Shown: positions 1-9,657 of the stretch, piece after piece
Numbering within the stretch: the stretch's first letter is position 1
Layout: every line of letters starts with the position of its first letter
Assembly: GCF_001659685.2 (NCBI RefSeq)
Contig: NZ_LXYE02000051.1
Location: forward strand, 467-24,466
Direction: 5' to 3'
Length of the DNA stretch: 24,000 nucleotides
Source of the DNA: Labilibacter marinus
Lineage (GTDB): Bacteria; Bacteroidota; Bacteroidia; Bacteroidales; Marinilabiliaceae
Notes under the pieces: model-generated
What the model was told of the DNA's origin: nothing
Seen by the model: only the letters and a program-made list of their open reading frames with translations
Databases searched by the model: none
Position numbers and translations under genes: made by a program

Positions 1-401
1 TCAGCAAACTCTAGATTGTGTTTTAAAGTCAACTTCTTATTGTTGGGCCAATACAAAGAATATCCTTGATATGGTGATATCTCATAGGCATTTTCACTGT
101 CTATAAAATCAATAAAATAAAAATCAACACCTCCGTAAACAGTTTCTTTATGTTCAAAATTTTTAAATATGAGATGCTGAAGATTATATGAGATTTCAGA
201 ACTAAGGTATAGCTTATTCCAAACCTTTGGGGAAACAGTTTTAGCGCCAATTTTAGCGTAAAAATTTATACTTTCAGAAAGTGGTGTACTTACATTCAGG
301 TCAAACCAAATCTGATTCGTTTTAAACGAATTTAAAGTGCCTTGCGAATACCCTGCATGTACAATAAACAGAACCGATAACAATATTTTAAAACGATTCA
401 T
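1..401 (-). CDS. Signal-peptide-bearing hypothetical protein, N-terminal 133 codons only (gene runs off the window start)
   Basis: Hand translation of the minus strand from ATG 401..399 gives MNRFKILLSVLFIVHAGYSQGTLNSFKTNQIWFDLNVSTPLSE...KKLTLKHNLEFA with no stop through position 1. The N-terminus is a hydrophobic leader. It is missing from the ORF track only because no stop lies in the window. Confidence 0.6.
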   Translation of the reverse strand, partial: MNRFKILLSVLFIVHAGYSQGTLNSFKTNQIWFDLNVSTPLSESINFYAKIGAKTVSPKVWNKLYLSSEISYNLQHLIFKNFEHKETVYGGVDFYFIDFIDSENAYEISPYQGYSLYWPNNKKLTLKHNLEFA

Positions 402-461
402 AAGATTTTATCAAGTTTTAAAAAATAGAAATCAATTTGGTTGTATCGATTATTAAATAAT

Positions 462-842
462 TTAATCACCGCTAGTATTCTTACAAAAATGTTTCGCTTT
501 ATCATATGTAGAAAACAAATAAACTGACCAATTAGACCCTTCCATTAATTTACCATATTCTAACGCCAAATTTCTTACATACTCCATTGTAACCACCAAA
601 GCAATACAAACATTCCTGTTCCATCTACTTGCAGATCTATCTAATACACCAACTATTTTAAGTTCTTTTGGGGTCAATAGCAATTCTGATACCCTACTAA
701 AATCAAAAATTTGATATTCCATTTTATCAAAACGAGCATCACCATACACTTTCTCATTTACCTTTTTAATTTCACTAAAGGTACATGATTCACAAAAGCT
801 TACTTCCAGATTATTCTTTACCCAAGATATTTTTTCAATCAT
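462..842 (-). CDS. Small cytoplasmic hypothetical protein, 44 nt downstream of the BatD-like gene
   Basis: 126-aa ORF on the same strand as the Bat cluster. I can name no motif. There is only a weak impression of a STAS/SpoIIAA-like alternating pattern. Confidence 0.55.
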   Translation of the reverse strand: MIEKISWVKNNLEVSFCESCTFSEIKKVNEKVYGDARFDKMEYQIFDFSRVSELLLTPKELKIVGVLDRSASRWNRNVCIALVVTMEYVRNLALEYGKLMEGSNWSVYLFSTYDKAKHFCKNTSGD

Positions 843-886
843 ATCGTAACATTATCAAGTGTGCTTTAAAGTATAGTAATAATTCT

Positions 887-2230
887 TCACCTAGGATTAA
901 TATCCTTTATTGAAGAAAGAATTTTATTAGAACTTTGTTCAGCTTCTTGCATATGATTGGTTCTTTGTTTCTTAATACTTGATTTAAGTTTATTTAAATC
1001 AATCTTTTGCGAGGCTTCTTCAGAATAGGCATTCTTCTTGAGTGTGGTTAACAAGCTATTAAGAGTCTCGTCACCTTGAGAAAATGTATTTAAAGTATTA
1101 ATTTTATAATTGCTCTTATAATGGTCGAGCCATTGATATAGCGTTCTTAAGATAGGTTTTTCTTTGGACTGCTGCATCACCTGCTTAAACCAAAATACTT
1201 CGCTGTTTGTATATTTGGCTCTTCGTCTTTTTAATACTACGAGAATATTTAAGATTGTTTTAATCACTACGTATAGAGCAATGATCCCAATTATTAAAAA
1301 TTTAACTAGCAAGATCCAATTCTCGTGATTAGCCTCTTCTTTGTTTGATAAAGTTTCCTTTGAAATGATTGGATTAAGTGCGTTTAATGAATCTTTTAGG
1401 CTCACTAAACCTGCCAATTCTGCATTTTTATTGATATTGATACTTACAGCGGCAAGTTTCTTTCTATAGAATCTGCTTACATAGGGATTATACCAAGTCA
1501 GTTCCACTTCAGGAATAGTAAATTCTCCTTCTCGTTCTAGTAAATAAGAATAGGTATCAATTCGTTTACCATTAACCGACTTTGAGTCGCGTTCATCTAT
1601 ATACTTTGGCTCTGAAGTATAAATATTGCCAAAATCAACATCTTCAACCATAGGTTCATCAATGAATGATGGCAAAGTCCCATGAGCCGAAGTTGTAATT
1701 GTTCGTTCTAGAACGTCTCCTACTTTAAGTTGATGAATATCTCTACTCCACTTACTCGAAATACTCGCATTATTAGCTACCAACCAATGTTGACTATCGG
1801 CATCTTTAGGAATGGGCTTAACAATTACCTTAATAGCATTTGTTTTTAGGGTTACCAATTTTCCTTTGAAATCACCTTCTGGAGGTGTTTCGGTAATGAT
1901 ACTAAGGGCTGGAAAACTCAACTCTCCATCCCGATATGGAAAAACGATATAATAAAATTCTAAACATGCATATTTCTTTTTATCTACATATTTGATGGCA
2001 CTTTGTGTTTGCTTAAAAGACTGTACAAATGCACCTTCTACTTGCAAATTCTCAATTTGAAGTGGTTGAGTAAACCAAGTACTTGTGTATACGGTAATCG
2101 TCACCTTTAGAGGCTGCTCAATCAATACTGATTGTCTGCTACTTTTAGCCACAGCAAAGGCATTTACATTTTGTGCCTGACTCGCAATGCAGCTCAAAAA
2201 TAAACTTATTATGATGCCTATTTTTACCAT
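887..2230 (-). CDS. batD: BatD-like (oxygen-tolerance) membrane protein
   Basis: 447 aa with an N-terminal signal peptide (MVKIGIIISLFLSCIASQAQ), a large extracytoplasmic domain and one C-terminal TM (WILLVKFLIIGIIALYVVIKTILNILVVL). Its start overlaps the upstream VWA/TPR gene by 7 nt, in the position BatD occupies in Bat operons. Confidence 0.75.
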   Translation of the reverse strand: MVKIGIIISLFLSCIASQAQNVNAFAVAKSSRQSVLIEQPLKVTITVYTSTWFTQPLQIENLQVEGAFVQSFKQTQSAIKYVDKKKYACLEFYYIVFPYRDGELSFPALSIITETPPEGDFKGKLVTLKTNAIKVIVKPIPKDADSQHWLVANNASISSKWSRDIHQLKVGDVLERTITTSAHGTLPSFIDEPMVEDVDFGNIYTSEPKYIDERDSKSVNGKRIDTYSYLLEREGEFTIPEVELTWYNPYVSRFYRKKLAAVSININKNAELAGLVSLKDSLNALNPIISKETLSNKEEANHENWILLVKFLIIGIIALYVVIKTILNILVVLKRRRAKYTNSEVFWFKQVMQQSKEKPILRTLYQWLDHYKSNYKINTLNTFSQGDETLNSLLTTLKKNAYSEEASQKIDLNKLKSSIKKQRTNHMQEAEQSSNKILSSIKDINPR

Positions 2231-3960
2231 AATCTCTTCGCTGGCTTTTCGTTGGTATAATATTTCTTTTTCTGATATTCAAAACGACGTCTTAAAAACT
2301 CCGACGGATCAGCCGATATTTCTCTTAAGAGAACATTTTGTGCGTTATCCACTTTTTGTGCCTGAAAATTTTCTGGTGGAGCTTCCATTTCATCTGCTTT
2401 ACGCATTCCAGTTTCTTGTTCATCCGTTACTCTATTACCATCTTTGGGCAACTCCTTCACCTCGTTATCTGCTGACAGTTCTTCATCTTTACCTTCCGCC
2501 TTCCTCTCTTTTAATTCGCCTAAATCTTTTTTCTCCTCAACTATTGTAATGGCTGAGTCAGGATTCATTTTTGCAATTGAATCCATTTGTGCCACCACAC
2601 GTTGATTATTCTCCTTGGCATTTTTGATAACCTCATTATTCGGTGCTAATTCTTCTGCCAATAATAATGCCTCTGAAGCTAAATAGTTTTGTCCATTAGC
2701 AGCATACGCTAAACTCAAGTTATACATCGATGTTGCATTGGTGTCCAGTTTAAACACCTCAATGGCGGCTTCATAATCTCCTGCCTTGTAAAGCGCAACT
2801 CCCTTATGAGTATAGGATTCAAACTTTTGAGATGCTTCAGCATAGTGTTCCTTAGTCATAGCCTTTTGCCCTTGATAATCCTTTGTATACCATAAATCTT
2901 CCCAAGTATTTATTTGGCTATTACATGATGAAACAAAGACCAGTAAAACACACCACTGAATCATCCAACCTTTTCTAAACCATAAAACCAGAATAATCAT
3001 CGCAATCCAAAGCAAAGGAAAACCATTTTCCTCCCATTCTTCTTCGCTCTCTTGTTCAACACTTCTATACTCCAAGTTCTTGCTTATTAATTGGGCTAGA
3101 TTCTCAACATCTTCATTACCTAAAGTAAGTGGATTAATGTTTATATTTTTGTGCTTTTGTAAGCGGAAAAGTTCGTTCTGATTTAAACGTGAAATAATAT
3201 ACTCCCCGTTTTCTTTGAAGTAAGTTCCTTTTCTAAAACCAGGTATGCGACCTCCCTGAATAGAAGCCATAGTCATGATTTCAATATGATTATCGCTCCT
3301 GTCAGCAAAGTTAAGCAAGAGATTACCTTGCTGCGTTTCAATATTATCTGTAACAAGAAGCAAGGTACTGGGCGCATCAACTCTACTAAAAATAGTATCT
3401 ACCAATGTCAACATATGTGTATAGTTGGTTCCTTGCATAGGCATAATGTATGGCGTTAATGATTGCAACTGATAAGTCAACAACTCATAATCATTACAAG
3501 GAGAAATTACGGTATGCGCCGTACCTGAAAAAGCTAAAAGACCTACTTTGGAACCTGGGTTAGCTTTCAATAAATCCTGAATCTTGAACTTAGCTCTTTC
3601 CAAACGATTTGGAGAAACATCATCAACCAACATAGATGGGGACAAGTCGAGGGCTATCATTAAGATAGCTTCACTTTTTGCACCTGGCACCTCTACCTTT
3701 TTCCAAGTAGGACCTGCCACTGCTAAAATCATTAAAGAAATTGCAAAAGCAAAGGCTAAAAGGGGACCAACAACAGCAAAACGATTACCTTTATTTACCA
3801 TATATGGTAACAAATTGGATGCAATACTCTTCTTCCACATCTGTTTATCTTTTCCACCAAACCAAACAAATACAAGAACCAGGAGCATGGGAACAAACAT
3901 CCATAGCCATTGAGGGCGCATAAAATGAAAAAGCTCAGTATTAATATTTATCCAATTCAT
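2224..3960 (-). CDS. batB: VWA-domain protein fused to a TPR region (BatB-BatC-like fusion)
   Basis: 578 aa. N-terminal TM segments are followed by a VWA domain with a DxSxS MIDAS motif (ALDLSPSM), another TM (FPLLWIAMIILVLWF), TPR-like repeats (ALYKAGDYEAAIEVFK, YNLSLAYAANGQNYLASEALLLAEEL) and a charged tail. Confidence 0.85.
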   Translation of the reverse strand: MNWININTELFHFMRPQWLWMFVPMLLVLVFVWFGGKDKQMWKKSIASNLLPYMVNKGNRFAVVGPLLAFAFAISLMILAVAGPTWKKVEVPGAKSEAILMIALDLSPSMLVDDVSPNRLERAKFKIQDLLKANPGSKVGLLAFSGTAHTVISPCNDYELLTYQLQSLTPYIMPMQGTNYTHMLTLVDTIFSRVDAPSTLLLVTDNIETQQGNLLLNFADRSDNHIEIMTMASIQGGRIPGFRKGTYFKENGEYIISRLNQNELFRLQKHKNININPLTLGNEDVENLAQLISKNLEYRSVEQESEEEWEENGFPLLWIAMIILVLWFRKGWMIQWCVLLVFVSSCNSQINTWEDLWYTKDYQGQKAMTKEHYAEASQKFESYTHKGVALYKAGDYEAAIEVFKLDTNATSMYNLSLAYAANGQNYLASEALLLAEELAPNNEVIKNAKENNQRVVAQMDSIAKMNPDSAITIVEEKKDLGELKERKAEGKDEELSADNEVKELPKDGNRVTDEQETGMRKADEMEAPPENFQAQKVDNAQNVLLREISADPSEFLRRRFEYQKKKYYTNEKPAKRLW

Positions 3961-3961
3961 T

Positions 3962-4945
3962 TTATTCCTTTTTAAATTGTGACAGGATAACCCGAATGGA
4001 AATTAGCACGAGAGACAATACAATGGCAACAACTAATGGATAAAAAAACAAATGCGTAATGGGTTTATAGTCTTCTTCTTCAAACTCCATCGGTTCAAGT
4101 GTTTCTAATTCTTCAGATGCCTTCTGCAGTTGCTTTTGATCAATTGCTCTGAAATACTTACCTCCTGTGATTTTACTAATTTCTTTTAGTGTTGCTTCAT
4201 CTAAATCAGAGTTAGGGGCTTGTGGATCGCCTATCCCCAAAGTATAAATTTTGACACTATCTGCTTTTGCTAAATAGGCTGCATCAATGGGAGACATACC
4301 TTTACCGCCATCCTGTCCATCTGTTAAAAGAAGCATCACTTTATTCTCGATGGTATCTTGTTCAAACAGTTTCATGCTCATTCCAATAGCCTTACCTACA
4401 CTGGTCATCTGTCCCGCCATACCTACGTCTGTTTCTTCCAAAAACCAATTAACCACTTCTAAATCGGTGGTTAATGGAGTTTGAACATAGGCATTGGTTC
4501 CAAAAAAAATCAATGCCAATCGGTCGCCATCTCTGGTTTCAATAAAATTTCCTAGTACTTGCTTTACCCCTTCCCAACGTGTATATCTATTTCCATCTAC
4601 TACCCAATCTTTACTTGCCATACTAAAGGAGATATCCGCTGCAATTACAAAACTACGGGCCGTCTTTACCTTCATCTCAGGTTTACCAACCAATTGGGGT
4701 CTGGCAAAAGCAACAATAAATGATATCCAGGTTAGCAAAAGTAAAATCCATTGAAAAAGATTTCGTTTTGAAATCCAAGCACCTATACGTAATTTGTCAC
4801 CTGTGGCTTCAGCAGCTTGATGAATAAAAGGTACCATCAAAGCCTCAGCCCTACGATGAACTGGCGGAAAAAACCAATATATCAGTATTGGTAAAGGCAG
4901 TATCCAAAACACCCATTGATTAGCAAATTCAAACATCGTGCTCAT
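3962..4945 (-). CDS. batA: VWA-domain membrane protein (BatA-like)
   Basis: 327 aa. TM segments flank a VWA domain with a MIDAS DxSxS motif (AADISFSM) and an LLTDGQ motif. Its stop lies 1 nt from the start of the next gene. Confidence 0.88.
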   Translation of the reverse strand: MSTMFEFANQWVFWILPLPILIYWFFPPVHRRAEALMVPFIHQAAEATGDKLRIGAWISKRNLFQWILLLLTWISFIVAFARPQLVGKPEMKVKTARSFVIAADISFSMASKDWVVDGNRYTRWEGVKQVLGNFIETRDGDRLALIFFGTNAYVQTPLTTDLEVVNWFLEETDVGMAGQMTSVGKAIGMSMKLFEQDTIENKVMLLLTDGQDGGKGMSPIDAAYLAKADSVKIYTLGIGDPQAPNSDLDEATLKEISKITGGKYFRAIDQKQLQKASEELETLEPMEFEEEDYKPITHLFFYPLVVAIVLSLVLISIRVILSQFKKE

Positions 4946-5405
4946 TTATCCAGTTTATACTTTGGCGGTGTAATAATTCTAATTCATTATTAGTAAGCTC
5001 AGCTTTATTTCCTTCGTACAAATGCTTTGTGAATATGATTTCAAGCTCATCGGAGAATACAGCTGTATTGGTTTTACTCTTCAAAAATTGAAAAAAAAAG
5101 CTTCCATTTATTGAGGCAACTTCCTTTCTTCCATAGGCTGCTATAGCAACACGCTTCAGCAAGAATATTGTATTAAGTATAACAGCACTAATTTCATTAT
5201 TGCTGTTATTTAAAGCGTTTAATTCGTTTATGGCTACACGTCGGTATTTGTTCTTTTTATATTGATAGCGTTTCCAAATAGCAAATGCCAATAATACAAG
5301 AAGTATAAGCAGAAGTAGCATCATCCACCCAGGTGCAGCAAAGCTAAAGGCAATTGCTTCGGGCTCCATTAATTCACCTATGGAAGAGTTGTTTCGTATA
5401 TTCAT
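4929..5405 (-). CDS. Small single-pass membrane protein of the MoxR/Bat operon (DUF4381-like)
   Basis: 158 aa with one TM (WMMLLLLILLVLLAFAIW) followed by a basic stretch. It overlaps the upstream DUF58 gene by 4 nt and the downstream BatA gene by 17 nt. The family name is assigned by position and architecture only. Confidence 0.65.
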   Translation of the reverse strand: MNIRNNSSIGELMEPEAIAFSFAAPGWMMLLLLILLVLLAFAIWKRYQYKKNKYRRVAINELNALNNSNNEISAVILNTIFLLKRVAIAAYGRKEVASINGSFFFQFLKSKTNTAVFSDELEIIFTKHLYEGNKAELTNNELELLHRQSINWINEHDV

Positions 5406-6319
5406 CTTCGTCCAAATATGCGTTTGATTTGTTCTACCAATGTTTCATGGGTATTGAATTCCATAAATGGAATCCCATACTTTCTGAAGTATTCAATCGT
5501 TTCCTCTCTGTGTTTCCAAGAAATATCCCGAAACTTACTTAGCACTTTCTCTTTGTTTTTAATCATCACCTGAAATTTCCCATCAGAAACCGGAAGGTCA
5601 TGGCTTGGTAAACTCTGCTCCATTTTATCATTTACCATGACAGCTATTACATCGTTGTGCTGAGCTATGGAAGTTAGATACTTAACACCTTGTTCGTTGA
5701 TATTGCTGAAATCACTAATCACTACTACGACATAATCGTGAGTGATGACATTTTTTGCTTTAAACAATACCTTGTTAATAATATCTTGCTTGCCTTGCAT
5801 TCTCTTTCGTTTAACCAAGGCCTGATTTTTTGCCACTATACTTTCAAGCAAATGCATCATGTTGTTTCTGCTTCGCTTAGGTTGGATAGTTTTAAAACTA
5901 TCATCATCAAACACCAAACCTCCTAAACGGTCGCCCGCTTTTAAAACTTTAAAACCACTAATAGCTGCTACCTGCGCTGCCAAAACAGATTTAACTTTCC
6001 CCTCTGAAGCAAAAAACATAGAGGAACTTTGATCCACAATAACAAAACAAGGTCGTTCTTTCTCTTCGTTAAAAACTTTGGTGTGAGTTTGCTTGGTGCG
6101 TGCCGTTACTTTCCAATCAATATTACGTATATCATCGCCATACACGTACTTTCGTACTTCAGAAAAATCTAAACCTCGCCCACGTAGCTTTGAGGCATGT
6201 TTACCCGACAAAACGCTATGAACAGGTTGATTAGGTAACAAGCTGAAATTACTAGTCAAAAATTCAAGACGCATTAATTCATCCAGTGTGGTCGCTATTT
6301 CTTTAGGTAGCTTTTTCAT
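5402..6319 (-). CDS. DUF58-domain protein (VWA-like partner of MoxR)
   Basis: 305 aa with the DUF58-type signature GDDIRNIDWKVTART and a degenerate MIDAS-like VDQSSSM. It sits immediately downstream of the MoxR ATPase. Confidence 0.88.
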   Translation of the reverse strand: MKKLPKEIATTLDELMRLEFLTSNFSLLPNQPVHSVLSGKHASKLRGRGLDFSEVRKYVYGDDIRNIDWKVTARTKQTHTKVFNEEKERPCFVIVDQSSSMFFASEGKVKSVLAAQVAAISGFKVLKAGDRLGGLVFDDDSFKTIQPKRSRNNMMHLLESIVAKNQALVKRKRMQGKQDIINKVLFKAKNVITHDYVVVVISDFSNINEQGVKYLTSIAQHNDVIAVMVNDKMEQSLPSHDLPVSDGKFQVMIKNKEKVLSKFRDISWKHREETIEYFRKYGIPFMEFNTHETLVEQIKRIFGRR

Positions 6320-6327
6320 ATGATTTA

Positions 6328-7287
6328 TTATAGCACCGCTACTGATCTTAATAGTTCATCAATCACCATATCCGGACTAATGCGTTGTGCATTTGCTTCA
6401 TAGCTTAATATTAATCGATGACGCAATACTTCATGTATTACATAGCGAATATCATCTGGTTCAATATAGGTTCGTTCATTTAACCAAGCCATCACACGGG
6501 CACATTTTTCAAGTGCTATCGTTCCGCGTGGACTAGCACCAAAGTCGATCCACTTATCCAGATCTTCACTGTATTTAGAAGCATTTCGTGTGGCGTTAAT
6601 CAGATCTACAATATATTTCCGAGAAGCCTTCGACACCTCTACTTGCTTAATCTCTTCTCGTGCTTTAAACACAACTTCTTGTGAAATGGGTTCATTGCTA
6701 ATAAATTCGCCACGACTTTCAGCACTCACCAATTCTAATATCTTTTCTTCCGATTCACTATCAGGATACTCCATCAGAATTTTCATCAGAAAACGATCCA
6801 TCTGAGCTTCTGGCAAAGGATAAGTTCCTTCTTGCTCCACTGGATTCTGAGTGGCCATCACCAAGAATAAATCTTCCATTTTATAAGTCTTCCCGGCTAC
6901 CGTAACCTGACGCTCCTCCATGGCTTCAAGCAAGGCTGCTTGAACTTTTGCTGGCGCTCTATTAATTTCATCTGCCAGAACCAAATTGGCAAATATAGGA
7001 CCTTTCTTAAACACAAAAGGATCTTTTAATTCGGGCTGAAAAATTTCAGTGCCAGTAATATCAGAAGGCAATAAATCAGGTGTAAACTGAATACGAGACA
7101 AGCTGGCCTTCAATTCTTTTGACAAGCTTTTGATAGCTCTGGTTTTAGCTAATCCAGGTAAACCTTCCAAAAGTAAATTACCATCTGCTAAAAAAACCAC
7201 AAGTATTTTTTCCACTACACCTGCTTGACCAATAATAGATTGATTAATCCGTTTTTGTAATTCTTTAATTTCCTCTAGAGCATTCAT
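6328..7287 (-). CDS. MoxR-family AAA+ ATPase
   Basis: 319 aa with Walker A GLPGLAKT, Walker B plus sensor VLADEINRAPAKVQAALLEAMEERQVTV and the motif ATQNPVEQEGTYPLPEAQMDRF, which is characteristic of MoxR/RavA-type ATPases. Confidence 0.95.
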   Translation of the reverse strand: MNALEEIKELQKRINQSIIGQAGVVEKILVVFLADGNLLLEGLPGLAKTRAIKSLSKELKASLSRIQFTPDLLPSDITGTEIFQPELKDPFVFKKGPIFANLVLADEINRAPAKVQAALLEAMEERQVTVAGKTYKMEDLFLVMATQNPVEQEGTYPLPEAQMDRFLMKILMEYPDSESEEKILELVSAESRGEFISNEPISQEVVFKAREEIKQVEVSKASRKYIVDLINATRNASKYSEDLDKWIDFGASPRGTIALEKCARVMAWLNERTYIEPDDIRYVIHEVLRHRLILSYEANAQRISPDMVIDELLRSVAVL

Positions 7288-7428
7288 ATAAATATATTCA
7301 ATGTCGAATAAAGCGTTTATTTAGAAATAAAATAAAAACAAATAGTTATTCATAAATGCGGTTCTACTCATTTTAAAAAGTCATTCTGCATTGCGAACAT
7401 CCATTTGCTTCTATCTAAATACAATGAG

Positions 7429-7632
7429 TCACTTCTCAAATTTCTTTAAAAATTTTTTCACTTGCATTTCGGCTTCTTCAGCTGTTTTACCATACTTTTC
7501 TTGGATTTTTCCTTGCAGAATTTTGGCTTCACCATTTACTTTTTCAATATCATTTTTGGTAAACTTTCCCCATTCTTTAATTACTTCTCCTTCTAACTGT
7601 TTCCATTTACCTTTTAAAATATCTTCATTCAT
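7429..7632 (-). CDS. CsbD-family general stress protein
   Basis: MNEDILKGKWKQLEGEVIKEWGKFTKNDIEKVNGEAKILQGKIQEKYGKT matches the CsbD pattern (KGxWxQxxGxxKxxWGxLTDDD...GxxQExYG). I chose the internal Met at 7632 to give the typical 67-aa length; the ORF-track start at 7668 is the alternative. Confidence 0.85.
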   Translation of the reverse strand: MNEDILKGKWKQLEGEVIKEWGKFTKNDIEKVNGEAKILQGKIQEKYGKTAEEAEMQVKKFLKKFEK

Positions 7633-7789
7633 AATTCTATTTTTTATGTGATTTAACTTCACCTTCATTACATGAATGAAAGTAGATTTTTGTTAACTTT
7701 TACTTCGTTATTTTAGCATTCGGTAAACAACCAATACCAAGTGCATATGAGAATAGAAATCAGTTTTTCTTCATTATTGGAGATACAAA

Positions 7790-8971
7790 TCAAAAGGCCT
7801 GATTAAAATTAAAATAGATTCCACTTGTCTCTCGCCCTATTCCATAATCAAGACGCATGTGCATTCGAGGTTGAAGTTCAAGTCTATAACCAACACCAAA
7901 ATTTGGTAGCCATTGATTAGTATTATCTGCTAAGGTGTCAAAATCAAATATGGTACCTGAGCCAGCCCAAACAACAGCTCCATGCTTGCCAACTTCTCCC
8001 GATTTGTCCAAAAACATATGGCGATATTCAGCCAAAAAGAAAAACATGCTTTCATCACGAAACCTACCCCATTGGTAACCTCGCAAATCAAATGGTGTTC
8101 CTAGTTGGGACATTTCTCCGTAAGGAACATCACCTGCAGCTATCCTTGCCTTTAATTGCCAAGCCAGTGTCATTCCTTCTCTATTAACGGTTTCAAACTG
8201 ACGATAATCAAGTGAATATATCTGGTATTTATTATCGCCTCCTAATCCTGTAGAGTAAAAGGTGCTTACTAAATCCACTAGCATACCTTCTCTTGAATCA
8301 ACAGGAATATCTCGAGAATCATACCTTAGCATTAAACCCAAACCAGAATTCAAAGGTTTATCCTTATATTTTATGTAGTTAGGATCCTCCCCAACACCTG
8401 CACTAGGGTTGGTTCCTTTTGTATAATTATAATCTACATTAAGTCCAACAAAATAATTCTTCTTGAATTGATAAAGAAAACGTGGGTTAAACCACCACCA
8501 CTGGCGATTATAGGACGTAGTTTCTTCACCCTTAGGTTTTTCATAGCCATTTTGATAACCAATTCCCCAATAATGGTCTGGCATATCCTTATACCAGAAA
8601 TCGCCGTAAATTCGTAACTTATCTTCAAACCAATATGAACTTAAAATACCATTTGCAACAACTGCTCCTGTAGTAGTATAAGCTAATGTAACTGGAAACG
8701 AAGATCTTTGAATTAAATCATCCGTTGGATTGGTTTTAAAACTCATTAAACCACCAAAAGCTACCAATCCTCCTAGCTCAGGTGTATAACCAGGAGCAAC
8801 AATTGGGCTAATAATAAATTTTCCTTCAGCCACCTTTTTGTTCCTAATGGAGTCTTTTGCAGCCTTCTTCTGCAGCTTTATGCGTTCCTTATTTGAAACT
8901 TCAGTATCCTGTGCAATTAAAACTTGCGACAGGACAAATAGAGTAGTGATTAAAAATATTTTGATTTTCAT
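7790..8971 (-). CDS. Omp85/BamA-family outer-membrane beta-barrel protein lacking POTRA repeats
   Basis: 393 aa with a signal peptide and an alternating beta-strand pattern. It carries an Omp85-like DSRDIPVDSREG motif and the C-terminal FGVGYRLELQPRMHMRLDYGIG...FNFNQAF, ending in the typical terminal Phe. Confidence 0.75.
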   Translation of the reverse strand: MKIKIFLITTLFVLSQVLIAQDTEVSNKERIKLQKKAAKDSIRNKKVAEGKFIISPIVAPGYTPELGGLVAFGGLMSFKTNPTDDLIQRSSFPVTLAYTTTGAVVANGILSSYWFEDKLRIYGDFWYKDMPDHYWGIGYQNGYEKPKGEETTSYNRQWWWFNPRFLYQFKKNYFVGLNVDYNYTKGTNPSAGVGEDPNYIKYKDKPLNSGLGLMLRYDSRDIPVDSREGMLVDLVSTFYSTGLGGDNKYQIYSLDYRQFETVNREGMTLAWQLKARIAAGDVPYGEMSQLGTPFDLRGYQWGRFRDESMFFFLAEYRHMFLDKSGEVGKHGAVVWAGSGTIFDFDTLADNTNQWLPNFGVGYRLELQPRMHMRLDYGIGRETSGIYFNFNQAF

Positions 8972-9060
8972 TATTCAGTCATTAAAATCAAGTATAAAAT
9001 TATTTCTTCATTGAACATAGGCGTAAAGATTATTTTTCTATAAAACCTTTAACCCCAACT

Positions 9061-9585
9061 TTAGAAATTATATCCTATGGCTATAGATGTTGAATAAGTA
9101 CTATGAACATCTTTGTAATCATAAAATATTCCAGGACTTAGAACCCACTTATCTGACAGATGAAAACCATATTCAGTCCCAAATCTTCCTACAAATAGCT
9201 GGTGATGCTTGTCCATTTCAATCCCAGCACCAACCATAACACTCCAGTGTTCTATTAGATTATACATAGCGCCGACTACAACTATTGTTGCGTTCTCTCT
9301 TATTATGTCCTTTCCCGAAATTAAATAATGATCCAACTCAAAATCTACAACAGCTAACAATTCTAGCTTATGCGATATCTTTCTTATATAGTCTATACCA
9401 ATGGAGGGTACAAAGTAACCTGGTTCACTCGATGATTCTATTTTTACCCCATCAGGCAAGTAAGCATAACCAAAAGCAACTGATATTGTATTTTTGTTAT
9501 CATGTAACTCAGTTTGCTCGTGTTCCTGTGCTTGTACGAGTATATTGGAAAAAAAGAATAAACCTAAAATGATATTCCTTATCAT
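9061..9585 (-). CDS. Small outer-membrane beta-barrel protein
   Basis: 174 aa with a signal peptide (LGLFFFSNILVQAQ), amphipathic beta-strand periodicity and a C-terminal aromatic residue (AIGYNF). Confidence 0.65.
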   Translation of the reverse strand: MIRNIILGLFFFSNILVQAQEHEQTELHDNKNTISVAFGYAYLPDGVKIESSSEPGYFVPSIGIDYIRKISHKLELLAVVDFELDHYLISGKDIIRENATIVVVGAMYNLIEHWSVMVGAGIEMDKHHQLFVGRFGTEYGFHLSDKWVLSPGIFYDYKDVHSTYSTSIAIGYNF

Positions 9586-9602
9586 ATTAAAAGATTTAGA
9601 TA

Positions 9603-9634
9603 AATTGGGCTGGAAATAGTATGCCAGCCCAATT
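9603..9634 (-). terminator. Hairpin downstream of the HdeD-like gene (probable intrinsic terminator)
   Basis: A perfect 11-bp inverted repeat, AATTGGGCTGG (9603-9613) / CCAGCCCAATT (9624-9634), encloses a 10-nt loop. It lies 24 nt after the stop at 9658. The minus-strand tail TATCTAAATCTTTT is only moderately U-rich. Confidence 0.45.
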
Positions 9635-9657
9635 ATTAGTCACAAATATTAATTCGA

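Noticed and set aside
7633-7668. Upstream extension of the CsbD-like ORF (MKVKLNHIKNRI-).
   Set aside because: CsbD proteins are typically 60-70 aa and start near the conserved KGxWxQ motif. The extension adds a non-conserved basic peptide, so the internal Met at 7632 is preferred.
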